64,000 nucleotides of DNA from Vicugna vicugna (Eukaryota): positions 248,001 to 312,000 of the forward strand of contig MU058065.1 of assembly GCA_013265495.1 (NCBI GenBank). Direction: 5' to 3'. The number at the start of each line of letters is the position of its first letter. Within the stretch, counting starts at the first letter, position 1. The position numbers and the translations under genes were made by a program. Below the pieces are notes generated by a model, which saw only the letters and a list, made by a program, of their open reading frames with translations, had not been told where the DNA came from and made no database searches. Shown one piece after another: positions 63,266 to 64,000 of the stretch.

Positions 63266-63705
63266 GGAATATTACTCAGCCATGAAAAAGAATGAAATTT
63301 TGCCATTTGCAGCCACATGGATAGACTTGGAGGGTATTATGCTAAATGAAATAAATCAGACAGAGAAAGACAAATACTACATGACATCGTTTATATATAG
63401 AATCTTAAAAAAAACAACTAATGAATATAACAACAAAAAAAATCAGAGTCACAGATATAGAGAACAAACTGGTGGTGACCAGTGGGGAGAGGGAAGGGCA
63501 TAGGGTCAATACAGGGGTAGGGAATTAAGAGGTACAAGCTATTATGTATAAAATAAGCTACAAGGATGTATCGTACATCACAGGGAATATAGCCAATATT
63601 TTATAACAACTGTAAATGGAGTATAACTTTTAAAAATAGTGAATCAGTATATTGTACACCTGTAACATACAATATTGTACATGAACTACACTTCAATAAA
63701 AAGAT
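63180..63705 (+). mobile_element. L1 3' end with an internal (CA)n microsatellite (63227-63263)
   Basis: 'aacagatgaatggataaagaagatg', 'aatggaatattactcagccatgaaaaagaatgaaattttgccatttgcagc', ending 'aactacacttcaataaaa'. Confidence 0.9.
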
Positions 63706-64000
63706 AAAAAGTGTGATTCTAAGTCAGCTTTTCAATAGAGGAGCTTTTTGAAATTTACCCGTAACATCATATATAACATCTTGGTTTCCATCAGGGCTTC
63801 TCAAGCTATGGCTAAGGAACAGTTTAAAAATTTTTAAATTTCTAATACGCTTGACTGGACTGATTATTTTGTAAAACACTGAAATCTGCAACCATGTGAA
63901 ATTGCTGTAAGAGTTTCTAAATGCTTCATCTTGCTTTTTCTTCTTCTCGCCTCACTGACCAGCAGCATCAGTCCAGGTCCCAGCACCGTCCACCGACGAC

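Noticed and set aside
1..64000. Prokaryotic-type systems (CRISPR arrays, operons, defence islands), rRNA or tRNA genes
   Set aside because: The sequence is repeat-rich, CpG-depleted mammalian DNA; none of these signatures is present.

Overview
This is mammalian, not prokaryotic, genomic DNA, most likely from a camelid (alpaca/llama/camel). That inference rests on the young L1 3' tails '...ataactgaaaaattgtgctctacactgga...gacacaacattgtaaa...' and on seeing no Alu, B1/B2, Bov-tA/CHR or CAN SINEs. The window reads as intronic or intergenic. Roughly half or more is interspersed repeat: L1, L2, MIR, MaLR/ERVL/ERV1 LTRs and hAT DNA transposons. The rest is simple repeats and unique stretches, including two CpG-enriched, regulatory-looking regions (about 5.2-7.1 kb and 14.3-15.5 kb). 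I could not recognise any protein-coding gene or RNA gene; the supplied ORFs are repeat-derived or chance. The most notable structures are: (1) a ~165-bp-arm inverted repeat at 41.67-42.39 kb with a MIR in its loop; (2) a fossil hAT transposase C-terminus at 2.65-3.37 kb; (3) an L1 whose 5' end is fused directly to ORF2, possibly a spliced L1 integrant; (4) a young solo LTR and young L1 tails with target-site duplications; (5) an ERVL dUTPase-PPT-LTR remnant; (6) a 45-nt candidate cassette exon. Repeat subfamily names come from recalled consensus motifs, not a database search, and boundaries are approximate unless a TSD is quoted.
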